IMG/VR virus record: IMGVR_UViG_3300030099_003489
Location: 1 to 61,494 of that record
Reading direction: 5' to 3' (one strand)
Length of the DNA: 61,494 nucleotides
Source: a virus
Lineage: Duplodnaviria; Caudoviricetes
The notes under the pieces were generated by a model. The model saw only the letters and a program-made list of their open reading frames with translations, ran no database searches and was not told the origin of the DNA. This document shows positions 1-12,300 of the stretch, in pieces; the first letter of the stretch is position 1, and each line of letters opens with the position of its first letter. The translations under genes were made by a program, and so were the position numbers.

Positions 1-2
1 GC

Positions 3-3000
3 ATCATCAGCACCCACTCTATTGAAAGCAATACTCGCAACACTATCTCCATCGTTTGCGGCGGCTATCTGAGCAAACGTTGCATCTGATGTTTTTACAC
101 CATCTAGCGATACAGTCACTCTATCACTATGGTCTATTTTCATCACACCTGCACCATCATAGGTGAAAGTAGATTCTGCATTCATAGCATCTGCACCAGT
201 AGCAGTTAGAATACGATTGTTTGAACCGTTTGCCATAAAGTCAGATACATCTACATTGAAAGTGAGAGTATCAGTGTTGGCAGTTGTTGTGATATCAAGA
301 CCAGTTCCAGCAGATATTGTTAGGGTATCAGCAGAAGCATCAGCAACTATGTCATCTTGACCACTAACTGAGATTGTCTTGAATGTCTTGATTCCACCTG
401 CTCCACCATTGTCTACTGCGAAATCAGATAGATGTGCTAGTGAGATGTATGCCCATTCACCTGCACTATCATCCCATACAAGTAATTGGTCAGCAGTATT
501 TGCGGTTCTTTGTGCAGGGTTAGTAGCACTTCCATCTGCACCAGAACTCATCAAAGTGATGTTTGTGTTTACAGGGTCATCAATGCTGAATTCTGTACCA
601 CTTAACACTAGACCATTGTTAGACGCGGCGGTAAATGTTGTATCAGTAGATGCTATGGTTATTGCACCATTTGAAGCATTAGTAATACTAACATTGGTTC
701 CAGCAGTTAAAGTTCTATTAGAAAAAGCACCACTATCATCTGAGGTAATAATATGTCCTTGAGCAACATTGCTTAGAGTAACGTTACTCATTTCACCTAA
801 ACTATCTACTGTATCTACTTGAGCATCTACATATGTCTTTACTGCGGCAGAAGTTGGAACTAAAGTTGCTCCATTAGTTAACGTGGATTCAAATGCAGTA
901 ACTGTTATTGAACCATCAGATAAATTACCATATTGTACAGTTCCTCCTGTTGTTAATCCTCCAACCGTCAGAAGCCCACTACTAGGATTGTACGTTAGTC
1001 CTGTATCTGTTTCTGCTCCTTGTGTTCCTGTTTCTCCATCAACAAATAGAGGATAAACAGTCTCATCTGTAGAGTTATTTGCGCTTACTGTTACAGATGT
1101 TGCTAGTGTTGCGGTATCTGCGTTACCAGTAACATCTCCAGTTAAATTACCAGTAAAAGTACCTGCCTTCATTGAACCATAGTTTGAGCCTAATTTAAGT
1201 TCCAACACGTTACTAGCAGTTTGAAGAGTTATATCGTCAGAACTTCCTCCCTCAAATGTAAATCCAGTTCCATCTAGAACTCCACTTGCAGAGTTTCCAC
1301 TTGCTAATACTATGTTTTTATCTTCTACTGCAAGATTTGTAGTATCAAGAGTAGTAGTTGTTCCATTGACTGTAAGGTTTCCTGTTACTACTAAAGCACC
1401 AGAAGTTGTGAGAGTCACATCTGTTCCATCACCAATAGTTACACTCTCAGTAATATCAGTTAATCTAGAACGAAGATTTGTTTCTGATACGTTGACATCT
1501 GTGTTAGTTACTTTCGCATCATTCAGAGCGACTCTGTTTTCCAGTTTCCCGAATGCGGCTAGGATTGTGTCTGTTGCGGCTACTGTTCCACCACTACTAG
1601 TGTCGAGGTTAGTTAGAGCCTTGCCAGTTATCGCTGTAGCCGCAGTTGCGTTAGTTAGAGCAGTGGCAGTAGTGAAATCGCTATTGGTATTGCTGTAATT
1701 TGCAAGGTCATTGTCTACAGTAAATGTCAGGTCATACGGGTCAGCATCACTACCATCGCTTACATCCGTCCAGTTTATGTCAATCAAACCGCCTTCAACA
1801 AACTTGATTTCTTTGTCATTGGCAATCGTGAGTTCTGTGCCATCTCCATCTTCCAGTACAAATGACATTCCACCTACGCCACCGGGAATACTGTCTACAT
1901 ACGCCTTGACTGCCTTTGCAGTTACTAGTCCGGCGTGGTCATCAGTAATACTAGCAAGATTCTGCTCTAGTTGATTTATATCGCTTAGTCCTGTAACTGC
2001 TAGAGAAGTTAGATATGTATTAGTGTCTACTGTATAACTTCCTGCACCAGTTCTCTTCAAGAAACCATTAGATGTAAAATCACCATCCATCAATGCACCT
2101 GCCGCCGCTACATTAGTAGCATCAGTTACATCAGCAGAAGTTTCTATTCCAGATAGTTTGGTTCTCTCAGCAGAACTGATTACAGTACCGCTACCTAAAT
2201 CACTTAATCCACTTATTTTAGCAACAGTAACTTGATTGTTTCCTATGTGTGCAGTATCTATTGCTCCATCTACAATGTGTTCTGAGTCTATTGAATCATC
2301 AGCAATCTTAGCACTAGTGACGGCATCTGCGGCAATCTTAGCAGTAGTTACTCCTAGATTTGCCAACATCCCTGTTTCTACTGCTAGATTAGCAATAGTT
2401 AGAGTACCATCATTTGCAAGTGTAGCATCACCGGAAACAGCCACGTTGTTGTAATCAGTGCCATCTGCTACCATTATGTGAGTGCTAGTAACTCCTATTG
2501 AGTCATCAATAAAATCAATCTTTGCCCCTGTTACAGCGTCATCCGCAATCTTAGCAGTTGTTACTGCACTTGCGGCTAGTTTGCCAGTTGATATTGCTCC
2601 GCTATTTATTTTGCTAGTAATCACTGAGGAACTAGCCAACATACCGGAGGATACGGTTCCAGTATCTCCCGTTGTAACTATTGTACCAGTTACATCCGGA
2701 AGAGAAATTGTCCTATCTGCTGTTGGGTCAATTATACGAAGAGTAGTTTCATGGTCATCCGAAGTTGCTCCTTCAAATACCAAAGCATCTTGAACATTAA
2801 TTTCAGTCTGGTTTATTGTTGTTGTAGTTCCATCAACAAAGAGGTTCCCACGGACCCTAACAGTAGTATCATTGCCAGCGTCACCAATAAGAAGAGTGTC
2901 GCTCTCATCGAGAAGTCCAAGAGAAGCCACCACATTTGCTTTATCGGTAACATCTGCTTGTTCCTCGATTCCTGCTAGTTTATCAAATTGGTCGTCAGTC

Positions 3001-6000
3001 ATCAGACCATGAGCATCAGTTGTAGAATCTGGAATAGTGGCAGTAGTGGTAGTGCCATCTCTATGTGTCAAAGTTAGAGTTCCCTGATTGTATGATGCAG
3101 AGGCTACGTGCCCCTTACTTGTACTGTTAATCTGAATATGTCTATTAGTAGGGTCCACATTTAGAGAAATATCAAGTCCACCATCAATATCAATGAAATT
3201 TGTTAAATCACCTGTATTTTCTTCAAGTCTAATTTTAGCATTACCACTATTTTGTGCTAGTTTCAAATCGTATGACTTGATTTCTTGAGAGAAAATGTAG
3301 TCTTTTACTGCTCTAGCGGTAGGTATGTGTGAGTGACTTGATGAATTGTTAACTGCGGTAGTGAGACTTACGTTATCAGTTAAATCGGCTATTGCTACAG
3401 ATTCTAGTTTAGCATTCAATTGTGTTTGAATTGGTGATGTAACTCCGTCCAGATAACCTAATTCCGTTGTGGTTAATGTGCCTACAACACCATCTATTAG
3501 TTCTAATTCTGCTTCTGTTAGTGATGCATCACCTATTGTTATGCTACCTGTAAAAACTGGATTTGCAACAGGTGCTTTACTTGCTAGGTTTGAAACTAGG
3601 TCTGTCACTTTACTTTGAGCAATATTACCTGCTAGTTTTTGATTTGTTATTGATGAGTCTTTTATTGCTACATTACCACTATTCAATACAAAGTGGTCTG
3701 AACTAAAAGAGGCTACACCCCTATTACTACTGGTTGCTACCTCTGCATCTACAGTTAGAGTTCCCGCAGAATCATCATATGTTGTGGTAATTCCTTCTCC
3801 ATCTGTAATTAGAGCATTTACCCTATCATCTACCCTTTCATCAGTATAATATTTGTTGCTTCCTTCTGCGAAGTCATCTGTATCTAGAGTTAAACTTCCA
3901 CCTAAGTTTAACGTATTGCCATTCAATGTTACTCCTGAATTAACTAGTTTAGAGTTTGCAATGCTACCTGCAAGTTGTGCGTTAGTCACAGAAATATTAG
4001 TAACATTGCTACTCCAGTCAGCACCAACAGTAGCACTAGCGGCAATTCCATCAAGTTTCGTTTTTAGTGTGGACGTAAATACTTTGTTAGTCGTTCCATT
4101 AGCAATTTTGTCTGCATTGATTGCCGCAGTATTAGACACATCTGCATCTACTAATTTTGTCGCAGTAGCACGATAAGTAGCAGAAATATCTGGAATGTCA
4201 GAGGCAATCAACTTACTGAAAAGATTTGCTGGGTTTATTCTTCTCAACCCATTAGTAGCGTCATCGTACATTATGAAATCAGCACTTCTATCCATGCCGT
4301 TTTCAATTGTTAACCCATCAATATCTACTTTGAGAGTGGCATTAGTTCTATCTAAACCATCACCTATTGTCAGACTTGGCTCCTTACCACTCAAAGCACT
4401 AGTCAAACCACTAATCTTACTTTGAGCGATGGCGGCAGAGTTAGAGACTTTGGCATTGTCAATTGCTCCATTGTTTATCTTAGCGTTTGTTATTGCACTA
4501 TCAGCAATCTTTGCAGATGTTACTGCGTTGTTTGCTATAGTTGTCGCACCATCAGCACTTGAAGTGACATCACCACTATGGTTAGGGTGAACATACTTAT
4601 TCGCATCTGTTGCTCCTGTATATCCTAAATCTGCTAAAGTCAAAGTTCTCTTTGACATTGCTATAATGTGACCTGTATCATTTGTAGAAATAGCATCAAC
4701 TATTTCGGCTCCAGAAGTGTCAATATCCGTAGTGCCATGAAGAGGATGAACAAATGGGTTTGCTAATTCAGATGTTATAGGTAAATTATAGTAAGTAGTA
4801 CCGTCATTTGTGAATTCCCACCTATCACTACTTTCATTCCATCTGATATCTACGTTATTAGCAGAACCTCTCTCAATTGCTACTCCAGCGTTTTGAGAAG
4901 GAGTACCTGTAACGTCATTATTCAGTACGATTATGTTATCTCCTACTGCTAGAGTGTTGCTAGATATCGTTGTGGTCGTACCATTGACCGTTAGGTTTCC
5001 ACCAATTATCAAACCACCTGCAAATGTAGCGGTATGTGCCGCATTTGACCCGATTTGGAAGTTATCTCCCATATTGGAAGCGAGTCTAGTCTTGAGATTA
5101 GCAAGTGAGACATCAACATCAGTATTGGTATCCGTTTGATGAGTATCAATCATGCTTTTTATATCAGCAGGGGTAAATCTCTTGATAGCGGTAGAATTGC
5201 CCGCAGTTCTCTCAGCAGAGGAAACTTGAGGAACTCTATTATTGTAAGCAGTTTCTATTTCTGTGTCTGTTTGGTCAGCAGTTGCCCCATCTTCCGGGTC
5301 CGTTGACCAACTGTATAGAGTGTTGATGTCGGATTTTGTCTGGTCAGCAGTAGCATTTGCCTCTATGCCATCTAATTTTGTAATTTGAGTGGATGTAGCC
5401 AATCCTGTTTGACTTGCAGTAGCATTAGGTATGGCTGAAGTATATTCTATGTCTGATGTAAGCGCAATGGTTCCTGTCGAAGAAGGTAGAGTTAGAGTGG
5501 CTCCTCCCTTTGTTATTGTTCCTGCGGCGTTTAGTCTAACGGTTTCTGAACCAGAATTAATTATACTCAATCCTTGAGTAGTTTGGCTATGACCTAAGAA
5601 CTGCACTGGTCTATTTATTAAATCATCAGCACTATTTGCTACATATTTTACTATAGCAACAGGAATATCTCCTGCTGTTAAATTAGATACAGAAGCCGTG
5701 CTTCTTGTCTGTGCATCAACTCTTATTGCAAGAGCATTTGACGAGTTTACGACAATCATGGCATACCAGTCATTGCCGCTTCTAGGTCCAACTGATGTAG
5801 TCAGGGTAGCGTTTGATATGTCTACTAATAGACCATCACGGAATACTTTCCCTGCCGCAACTACATATTTAGTATAACTAACACTAGCATTGGATTGTGT
5901 TATGTTAAAACCACTTACTGTTCTATTACCTGCTGTAGCCTCATTTAGAGCATTTATAATTCCACTATGTATATTGTCAGTACCATCTACTATTCTAGCA

Positions 6001-6050
6001 TCGGGAGTAGTATGTAATTTTGAAATAAACCCCGGATTATCGTTCGACAT
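3..6050 (-). CDS. Long tail fibre / receptor-binding protein, partial (>=2016 aa, runs off left edge; absent from ORF track)
   Basis: ATG at 6050 overlaps the upstream stop (TAATG) and reads MSNDNPGFISKLHTTPDARIVDGTDNIHSG. Spot checks at ~4440, ~2280 and ~10 are open in the same frame. It contains fibre-type repeats (IAADAVTSAKIADDSIDSEH, GAIDNAKVS, ATADQT). Continuity was not checked codon by codon. Confidence 0.8.
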   Translation of the reverse strand, partial: MSNDNPGFISKLHTTPDARIVDGTDNIHSGIINALNEATAGNRTVSGFNITQSNASVSYTKYVVAAGKVFRDGLLVDISNATLTTSVGPRSGNDWYAMIVVNSSNALAIRVDAQTRSTASVSNLTAGDIPVAIVKYVANSADDLINRPVQFLGHSQTTQGLSIINSGSETVRLNAAGTITKGGATLTLPSSTGTIALTSDIEYTSAIPNATASQTGLATSTQITKLDGIEANATADQTKSDINTLYSWSTDPEDGATADQTDTEIETAYNNRVPQVSSAERTAGNSTAIKRFTPADIKSMIDTHQTDTNTDVDVSLANLKTRLASNMGDNFQIGSNAAHTATFAGGLIIGGNLTVNGTTTTISSNTLAVGDNIIVLNNDVTGTPSQNAGVAIERGSANNVDIRWNESSDRWEFTNDGTTYYNLPITSELANPFVHPLHGTTDIDTSGAEIVDAISTNDTGHIIAMSKRTLTLADLGYTGATDANKYVHPNHSGDVTSSADGATTIANNAVTSAKIADSAITNAKINNGAIDNAKVSNSAAIAQSKISGLTSALSGKEPSLTIGDGLDRTNATLKVDIDGLTIENGMDRSADFIMYDDATNGLRRINPANLFSKLIASDIPDISATYRATATKLVDADVSNTAAINADKIANGTTNKVFTSTLKTKLDGIAASATVGADWSSNVTNISVTNAQLAGSIANSKLVNSGVTLNGNTLNLGGSLTLDTDDFAEGSNKYYTDERVDDRVNALITDGEGITTTYDDSAGTLTVDAEVATSSNRGVASFSSDHFVLNSGNVAIKDSSITNQKLAGNIAQSKVTDLVSNLASKAPVANPVFTGSITIGDASLTEAELELIDGVVGTLTTTELGYLDGVTSPIQTQLNAKLESVAIADLTDNVSLTTAVNNSSSHSHIPTARAVKDYIFSQEIKSYDLKLAQNSGNAKIRLEENTGDLTNFIDIDGGLDISLNVDPTNRHIQINSTSKGHVASASYNQGTLTLTHRDGTTTTATIPDSTTDAHGLMTDDQFDKLAGIEEQADVTDKANVVASLGLLDESDTLLIGDAGNDTTVRVRGNLFVDGTTTTINQTEINVQDALVFEGATSDDHETTLRIIDPTADRTISLPDVTGTIVTTGDTGTVSSGMLASSSVITSKINSGAISTGKLAASAVTTAKIADDAVTGAKIDFIDDSIGVTSTHIMVADGTDYNNVAVSGDATLANDGTLTIANLAVETGMLANLGVTTAKIAADAVTSAKIADDSIDSEHIVDGAIDTAHIGNNQVTVAKISGLSDLGSGTVISSAERTKLSGIETSADVTDATNVAAAGALMDGDFTSNGFLKRTGAGSYTVDTNTYLTSLAVTGLSDINQLEQNLASITDDHAGLVTAKAVKAYVDSIPGGVGGMSFVLEDGDGTELTIANDKEIKFVEGGLIDINWTDVSDGSDADPYDLTFTVDNDLANYSNTNSDFTTATALTNATAATAITGKALTNLDTSSGGTVAATDTILAAFGKLENRVALNDAKVTNTDVNVSETNLRSRLTDITESVTIGDGTDVTLTTSGALVVTGNLTVNGTTTTLDTTNLAVEDKNIVLASGNSASGVLDGTGFTFEGGSSDDITLQTASNVLELKLGSNYGSMKAGTFTGNLTGDVTGNADTATLATSVTVSANNSTDETVYPLFVDGETGTQGAETDTGLTYNPSSGLLTVGGLTTGGTVQYGNLSDGSITVTAFESTLTNGATLVPTSAAVKTYVDAQVDTVDSLGEMSNVTLSNVAQGHIITSDDSGAFSNRTLTAGTNVSITNASNGAITIASTDTTFTAASNNGLVLSGTEFSIDDPVNTNITLMSSGADGSATNPAQRTANTADQLLVWDDSAGEWAYISLAHLSDFAVDNGGAGGIKTFKTISVSGQDDIVADASADTLTISAGTGLDITTTANTDTLTFNVDVSDFMANGSNNRILTATGADAMNAESTFTYDGAGVMKIDHSDRVTVSLDGVKTSDATFAQIAAANDGDSVASIAFNRVGADD

Positions 6051-6388
6051 TAACTCACCTCCAAACTAACTGTAAATGTAATCGTATCTGCCGAAGGGAT
6101 TACTCCTGTATTTGTGAAAGTAACTCTACTCAAGAGTTTATCCCCTGATGTCTTGAATATTCCCAACTCAGAAACACCTTGACTACCTACTTGTGCGCCT
6201 GTAAACTCAGCAGTCCAAACCAATTCTGAACCTATTACAGAAGGAGTTACTACTTTACTAGCAACCACAGCATCTAATTCCGTTTGACTGGCCGCAGTAT
6301 CCCCTCCTCCGTTTCCTATTTTTACTGTAGTGTATTGTGCCGCAATATACGCCAACGCAATGTCCTCACTTCCCTCATTAACTATCAT
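6050..6388 (-). CDS. Small tail-tip/fibre-attachment structural protein
   Basis: 112 aa, beta-rich, with an ELGIF...LLSRVTF motif reminiscent of tail-collar/baseplate fibre anchors; lies between the hub and fibre genes. Confidence 0.55.
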   Translation of the reverse strand: MIVNEGSEDIALAYIAAQYTTVKIGNGGGDTAASQTELDAVVASKVVTPSVIGSELVWTAEFTGAQVGSQGVSELGIFKTSGDKLLSRVTFTNTGVIPSADTITFTVSLEVS

Positions 6389-9300
6389 TCTACTGTACCT
6401 CCATAATCATCTTGTTCATAGAACTTGTCTCCATAACTCTTCTTAGTCACTGTACTGTGTTCAAACCCAACTTCTTCTGTAAAGCCTACCAAATCATCAA
6501 AACCCATGTTAGAATTATAGGACAATGCATTCGATGACCCTGTTACCACATAGGAAAGTCTTACGTTTTTTATATTAATAGCATCAGAAAGATGTTTACC
6601 TGCTGAAATCTTCATAGAATCCTTCTGAAATAAGGACGAAAAACCATCAGATTGCTTAGTATTCAACTCGCTTAGTCTTTCAGCAATTGACTTGTCAAAC
6701 GTACCCACTGTCATAGTCAAAACCCCCGTTAAAACATTAGTTATTTCAAATACTATGTAGTCATCATTTGGAATATCATGATTTGGGAAATTTAATCTAA
6801 CTATGTCTCCTGCTTCTAGTAATTCTAATCCTTGTTTATGCACTTTTATCGTAATTTTACGATGTTTCTTGTTGTGTAGTTTCAATAATTCAACTGCTCT
6901 AATTTCTGCATCAGTCTTCGTTTTTATTGTTGGGTCTACTTCTTGAATTACTCTAGTTTGAGTGTTTGTAGACCTCTCTAATTCATATTTTATCCTATCA
7001 CCTATGATGACTGCTTTGTTAGCAGTATCGAAAAGAGAAGTGTTATTTTCAACAGAAATAAGTCTATCCGATTCTGCGTATGATAGTGCATATTTGCGTA
7101 AACTACTCGTATCTTCTATGTTTCTTGCACTAAACTTACCGTTTCTAATGTTGTAGTCCAATCCGTTCTTAACCGCTAGAGCATTAATGGCAGTAAATAG
7201 GTTAACATCATCGAATTTTAACGCAGAAACGTATGTTTTCTTGTTTATCTTGATTAGTTCGTCATGTTGTATTGGAGTGAATTTTAAGTTAGTTGTGAAG
7301 GTTATAGTTTGAGAGGAAATACCCTGTATTTCACCTACCAAATGTCCATCATGTGTGTACAAAACATCTCCCGCAGAAATGTCTTCTGGGGTAGCCGAAC
7401 AGACTACTGTGTTAGAGGTCGCACTAGACACAATATTGCCTGTGGGTGTGATAAAACTACGTAAATCATCATATTCTAATCCTACTCCTTTGACTAGGTT
7501 TTCTATCTCATCGTTAACGTTTGAAGCAACAGTAAAACCTGTACCGATATGGCATTTTTTGATGTTTTTTAGTTTAGGTCGCCTACTTAGTGCAATATCA
7601 AAAACTTCACCGAATGACACTACACCATTGCCAAATAATTGCCCGTCAAATTTCATGCCCAAACCCGGTATTTTAGTGAAATTTATACTTGTATCGAAAG
7701 CAGTAGATGAATCTCTATCTAAGGGAAAGAAGTCTGTGAATGTTATATTCTTTACAGAGGAATTTAGGCCATCCGTGACGTTCATTGTCTTCTGAACCAA
7801 CGTGGTTCCGGTTCTCTTGAATTTGTGTGCGGCTTGAGTTGGCTCCCTCACATCAATAGTAGAATTATCATAGTTCATATGACCAGATTGTGTAGTATAA
7901 CCATCATTTGTCAAAGTATTTTCAGTCTGTGGGACTCCATCAACATCCAACAGTAAGAACATTTGATACAGGCTCTCTCTATAATGGTGTACTGCACCAG
8001 ATACGCTATCTGTATCTGCTCCAGATTCCCCAGTAAGGAAACTGCTTCTGGTAAACCTACTAACAGGCTCCATGACATTGAATCTGATGGAGTTTTCTTC
8101 ACCGTTGAACGTTACCTCTGATGGACGCATGAGTCTAAATTTGTGGGTTGAAGAGAAAATCGGTCTTAATGGTACATCTATCTTAATTGTGTGAGTTTCA
8201 TGATTACTTATTGTAGGTGCAGTTGAGACTGTATGTGACGTTATCCTAGTAATGGCTCTAGGGGCATCAATCCTAGTTGAGTTTCTCAAATCGCCGCCAT
8301 TAGCCTTAGACTCGCTAACTAGATAGTATCCTGTGAGATTTGGTAAGAAACTGAGGAAAGTGTGTTTACTGGAATTGTTCAAGGTAAATACCATAGTGTC
8401 TCCTATGCTTGTATTAGTTCCATTTGGAAAAGCCAAAGAGGTATCTGTAGCACCAACCACATAATTGCTTCCACCAGAAGTTGCCGCCTTTAGTTGAAAT
8501 ACTGGTTTTATTGCCATTTGTGCGGATACGACTAGTCCTTCATTGGCGGCATCAGATGCAAACTCAGTATGATGATTTTCTTGAGTATCTGTGGAAATTG
8601 CCTTCTTTTCGGATAGGAAATGTGATTCAGTTCTAGTTCCTATCATAGCAACTGTATTGTTAGCGTCATACTCCGCTACCTGCACGTTTCTATCATGTTG
8701 GTCTAGGTTAGCGTTAGTTGCTTCTGCCACGTAATCAACGTAATTTGCATTAGTATCCAACGCCAATGGTGCGCTAGTTATCTCTATCGTACCGGGGTCA
8801 ATCGTGTTGTCTGTCATTGCAACCTTTACGTCTTTGAAAACACCGATGCATCCCTCATATGGATGAGCAAATGGATATGTTCCATAACCTAGTCCGTATT
8901 TGTCTTGATGACTGATTGTGGTTCCTGAATCAGCACCGAATTTAGCACCTACAAGTGCATTTATCACTCTGGATGTATGAAGCCAATTAGTATTTTGATT
9001 TGCCCAATTATCCGGGTGATGAAATGGAGATATCTCTTTATTCTCATATGTAGAATCATCAGACAATTCACCTACGATTAACGGTAGAATTATGTTATGA
9101 GCGGAGAAAGCCTCTCCATTGTCTTCTAGATTCGCAAACTCAAATATTCCAGTATGAGTGAAAGGTCTAGTAATGTATACGTCAGTAAATCGGAAGTCAT
9201 GTCTTCGATTTGACCTATTCACAGTCATATGGTTAGTACTGGATGATGGTTTGCTTATCTTATCTAACAAGAAGGATTGGTTAGTATAGACATAGAATGG

Positions 9301-12300
9301 TTGAACACCGTAGTATTTTATCGTCCCACCATCATCATATCCATCAAATTGCCAAATATCATTGTATATTTCTGTGTGTCCGGTTCCGCTTAACGTTGAT
9401 GCATCTATGAGATTATTGTTACCAGAATCAGTATTGAAAGAACCAGAAGAACCGCTTTCCTTTACTGCTATGAAACCGTTTATCTGGTCTGGTGAACCAG
9501 TAAGTGTGGTGTGTTCTCTAAACGGATTTGACCCCATGTAGTCAGTAGTGTAGAACATATCTCCAAGTGTTTGTGTGGTAATGTTAGTACTAGACACATT
9601 CACATTCGCACCATCGGTTTCCCTTAGTTGAATTGTTTTACCAGTCAACTGGTCCGGGTTCTCAAACATTACATAATCAAAATACGGAATGGTGGGTATG
9701 GATTCTGATGCTAGTGTATTCTCCAAATCTACAGGATTAAAATGCCAGTCAAAGGTAGCCTCAACTAGTCTGATAACACCAAATCTAGAAATTTGATTAG
9801 TGGTTTGAGTTGCACTACTAATGCTTACAGATTCAAAGTTATTTTCAGATTTAGCAGTCTGTCTAGTAGTACCAACATATTCCTCATGTATGACAGTATC
9901 TCCTACTTCATCCTCATCCGACTCCAATAACATAGAGAAGTCTTCATAGTTTAGAGTATGATATCCAAGATTGTTATTTCTATTGTTAGAAGCGGGTAAT
10001 AAGTCACCAATGCCAAACCAATCGTAGTAGTCTGTTCTAGAGTCAATTTGTTCAAATGCTTCGTAATCAATATCGTATTCAAACGGGTCGCCTGTGTTCA
10101 AAGCATTAGGATAATACGATTTTATCAGGTTCGGAGTATCCGGAGTAGTAGACGAATCGTATGGTCCATAGAAATTACCAAGATAATTCCACCCATCTAA
10201 CGTATTGCTTCCATTTATTGGTCTATTAGTGTTTGAACTAGTGACGCTAATTGTTGAACCATCTGCTCTCACTCCATATCCTACTGCATATCCTTGTATC
10301 TTTTGAGGACTAACTCCAAAGTTATAGATTGAATCGTATTTTCTGTTTATCGTTCCGGGGTTTATCTTTTGGAAGTCCCAGTATCTTATGCAGTTACCAT
10401 CAATGTGGTCATTGTAGGAATTACCTACTCCTAATTTATGCACGAAGCCTCCAGTGTTCAAATTAGCATTTACGAAATACAATGAGCAATTTCCTCTTGT
10501 ATCAGAGGAATTAGATGCTACTCTTCCCATGACCACAGGGAAAGTAGGAGCAACACTGATAGTTGTTCCACCCTCTATCTTTTCATTTATCGTAACTACA
10601 TCAAAGGTTTCTTGCTTTACTGTACCAACGCTATTATGTGTGACACTAACACCATTTTCATTTCCTATTTTTATTGCAAAATTAGAGTCATTTGCATCTA
10701 TATTCTTGGGTGATGTAATGTCATATCCCAATGTTTTATCTTTGAGAACTCCACCAGTGTTTGATGTACCTACTAATTTGTCAGTAGTAAATGTGCTATT
10801 GGTATAATATGCATTAGCACTATCTGGAGAAATCAATCTAACTCCACCATCAAAGACTAGTCCTCTACCACTAACGGATAAGTCTGCAATACCATCTGTA
10901 ATATTTGGATTGCTACCAAGTGCCTTAGTCCCTGTAATGTATGTAGTGTGAGTAGTATCCGTGCTTAGATAAGTATACGGATGGTAGTATTTTAGGTTCA
11001 CACCTGAGTTATTGAAGGTAACTTGAGGCGGTCTGAATAGGGTAATTTCTTTGGGTGATGTAGTAAATGACTTAATTTCACCAACATACTTTCCATCGTG
11101 ATTCAGTAATATACCGAAAGGCTTGAGAGTTATACCACTAGTAGTTCCCCCGTAGGTTAGAACAGAACCATTTACACTAATAGTTCCAACAGAAAGTTCT
11201 GTTACGTTATTGACAATAGGGTCATGAGATGAGTGATGAATATCTGATAATACCGCAGTATTCTTATTTATTGTTTGTGAAATTAACTTGGATGTCTCAT
11301 CTCTGCCATTAATGGAGTAGGTAGTCATACCCATTTCTGTCTTACTGTTTGCATTTTCTATTATCCCATCAAATGCAGTATCACTTATAGCGTATCCTCC
11401 AGAGTAATAATAAAATCTATCTTTGGACTCATTGCTTCTTTGATAGAAAGTTCTTGTAGTATCTTGTATTTTAGCAAATTTGTTGTTTTTGTCCGTAATA
11501 TCTAGAAGATTATTGTGAGAAGTATTAGTGACAAAAACTAACCTAGCATCATTTAGTTTGGCATTGTTTTTATCAATAGTAACACCATCTATCGTAATTC
11601 TATCAGTAGTGTAGTCTATCTCAGTATCTGAAACTAAATCGTAATTCAAGACACCTGTGTATGGTGGAACAAAAAGTGTCTTCTGACTTATTGAATGAAC
11701 ATTAGAACTACCACTCCAAGTCGTTGCTGATTTTAACTTAGAATCTTTAACCTTTATTTTTTGAGTACCACCGGATTGAGCAAATACGGTGTGAACCACA
11801 TATAAATAACCATCAACTTCAATAATGTCATCAGTGCTTAATTTATGTCTAAGGTCAAACTCTTTGCTTATCTCCTTCATTTCTATGTTATCCGCAGTTC
11901 CAGTAACACTACTTGCCTTACCCTCTACAGGGTAATATTTCATGTTTGAATTGTATATGTTTCTTTGGACAAGTAATCTATCTTCTTCCTTTACTTTCAA
12001 GTGTGCTAGACCACTAGAATCCAACATAGAAAATGACGCTAATTGACTCATTTTATTTCTAGGGCTGTTTACATTAGCACTTTGCATCAAAGGTAACTTA
12101 TTATTCTTGAAATCACCCTTTTCAAATGTAATATATTTAGCAGGGCCAGTTAGATTTCCATCTAAACTATTAGAAGTATCACTAATCAAATTGCCAGTAT
12201 GTCTATGCATTCTAGGAAAACTGGTATTCCATTTATGTGCATCTGTAATTTCGTAATCATCTGTTTTGTTAGTATCTACAAGTACTGCATCTAACTTGTC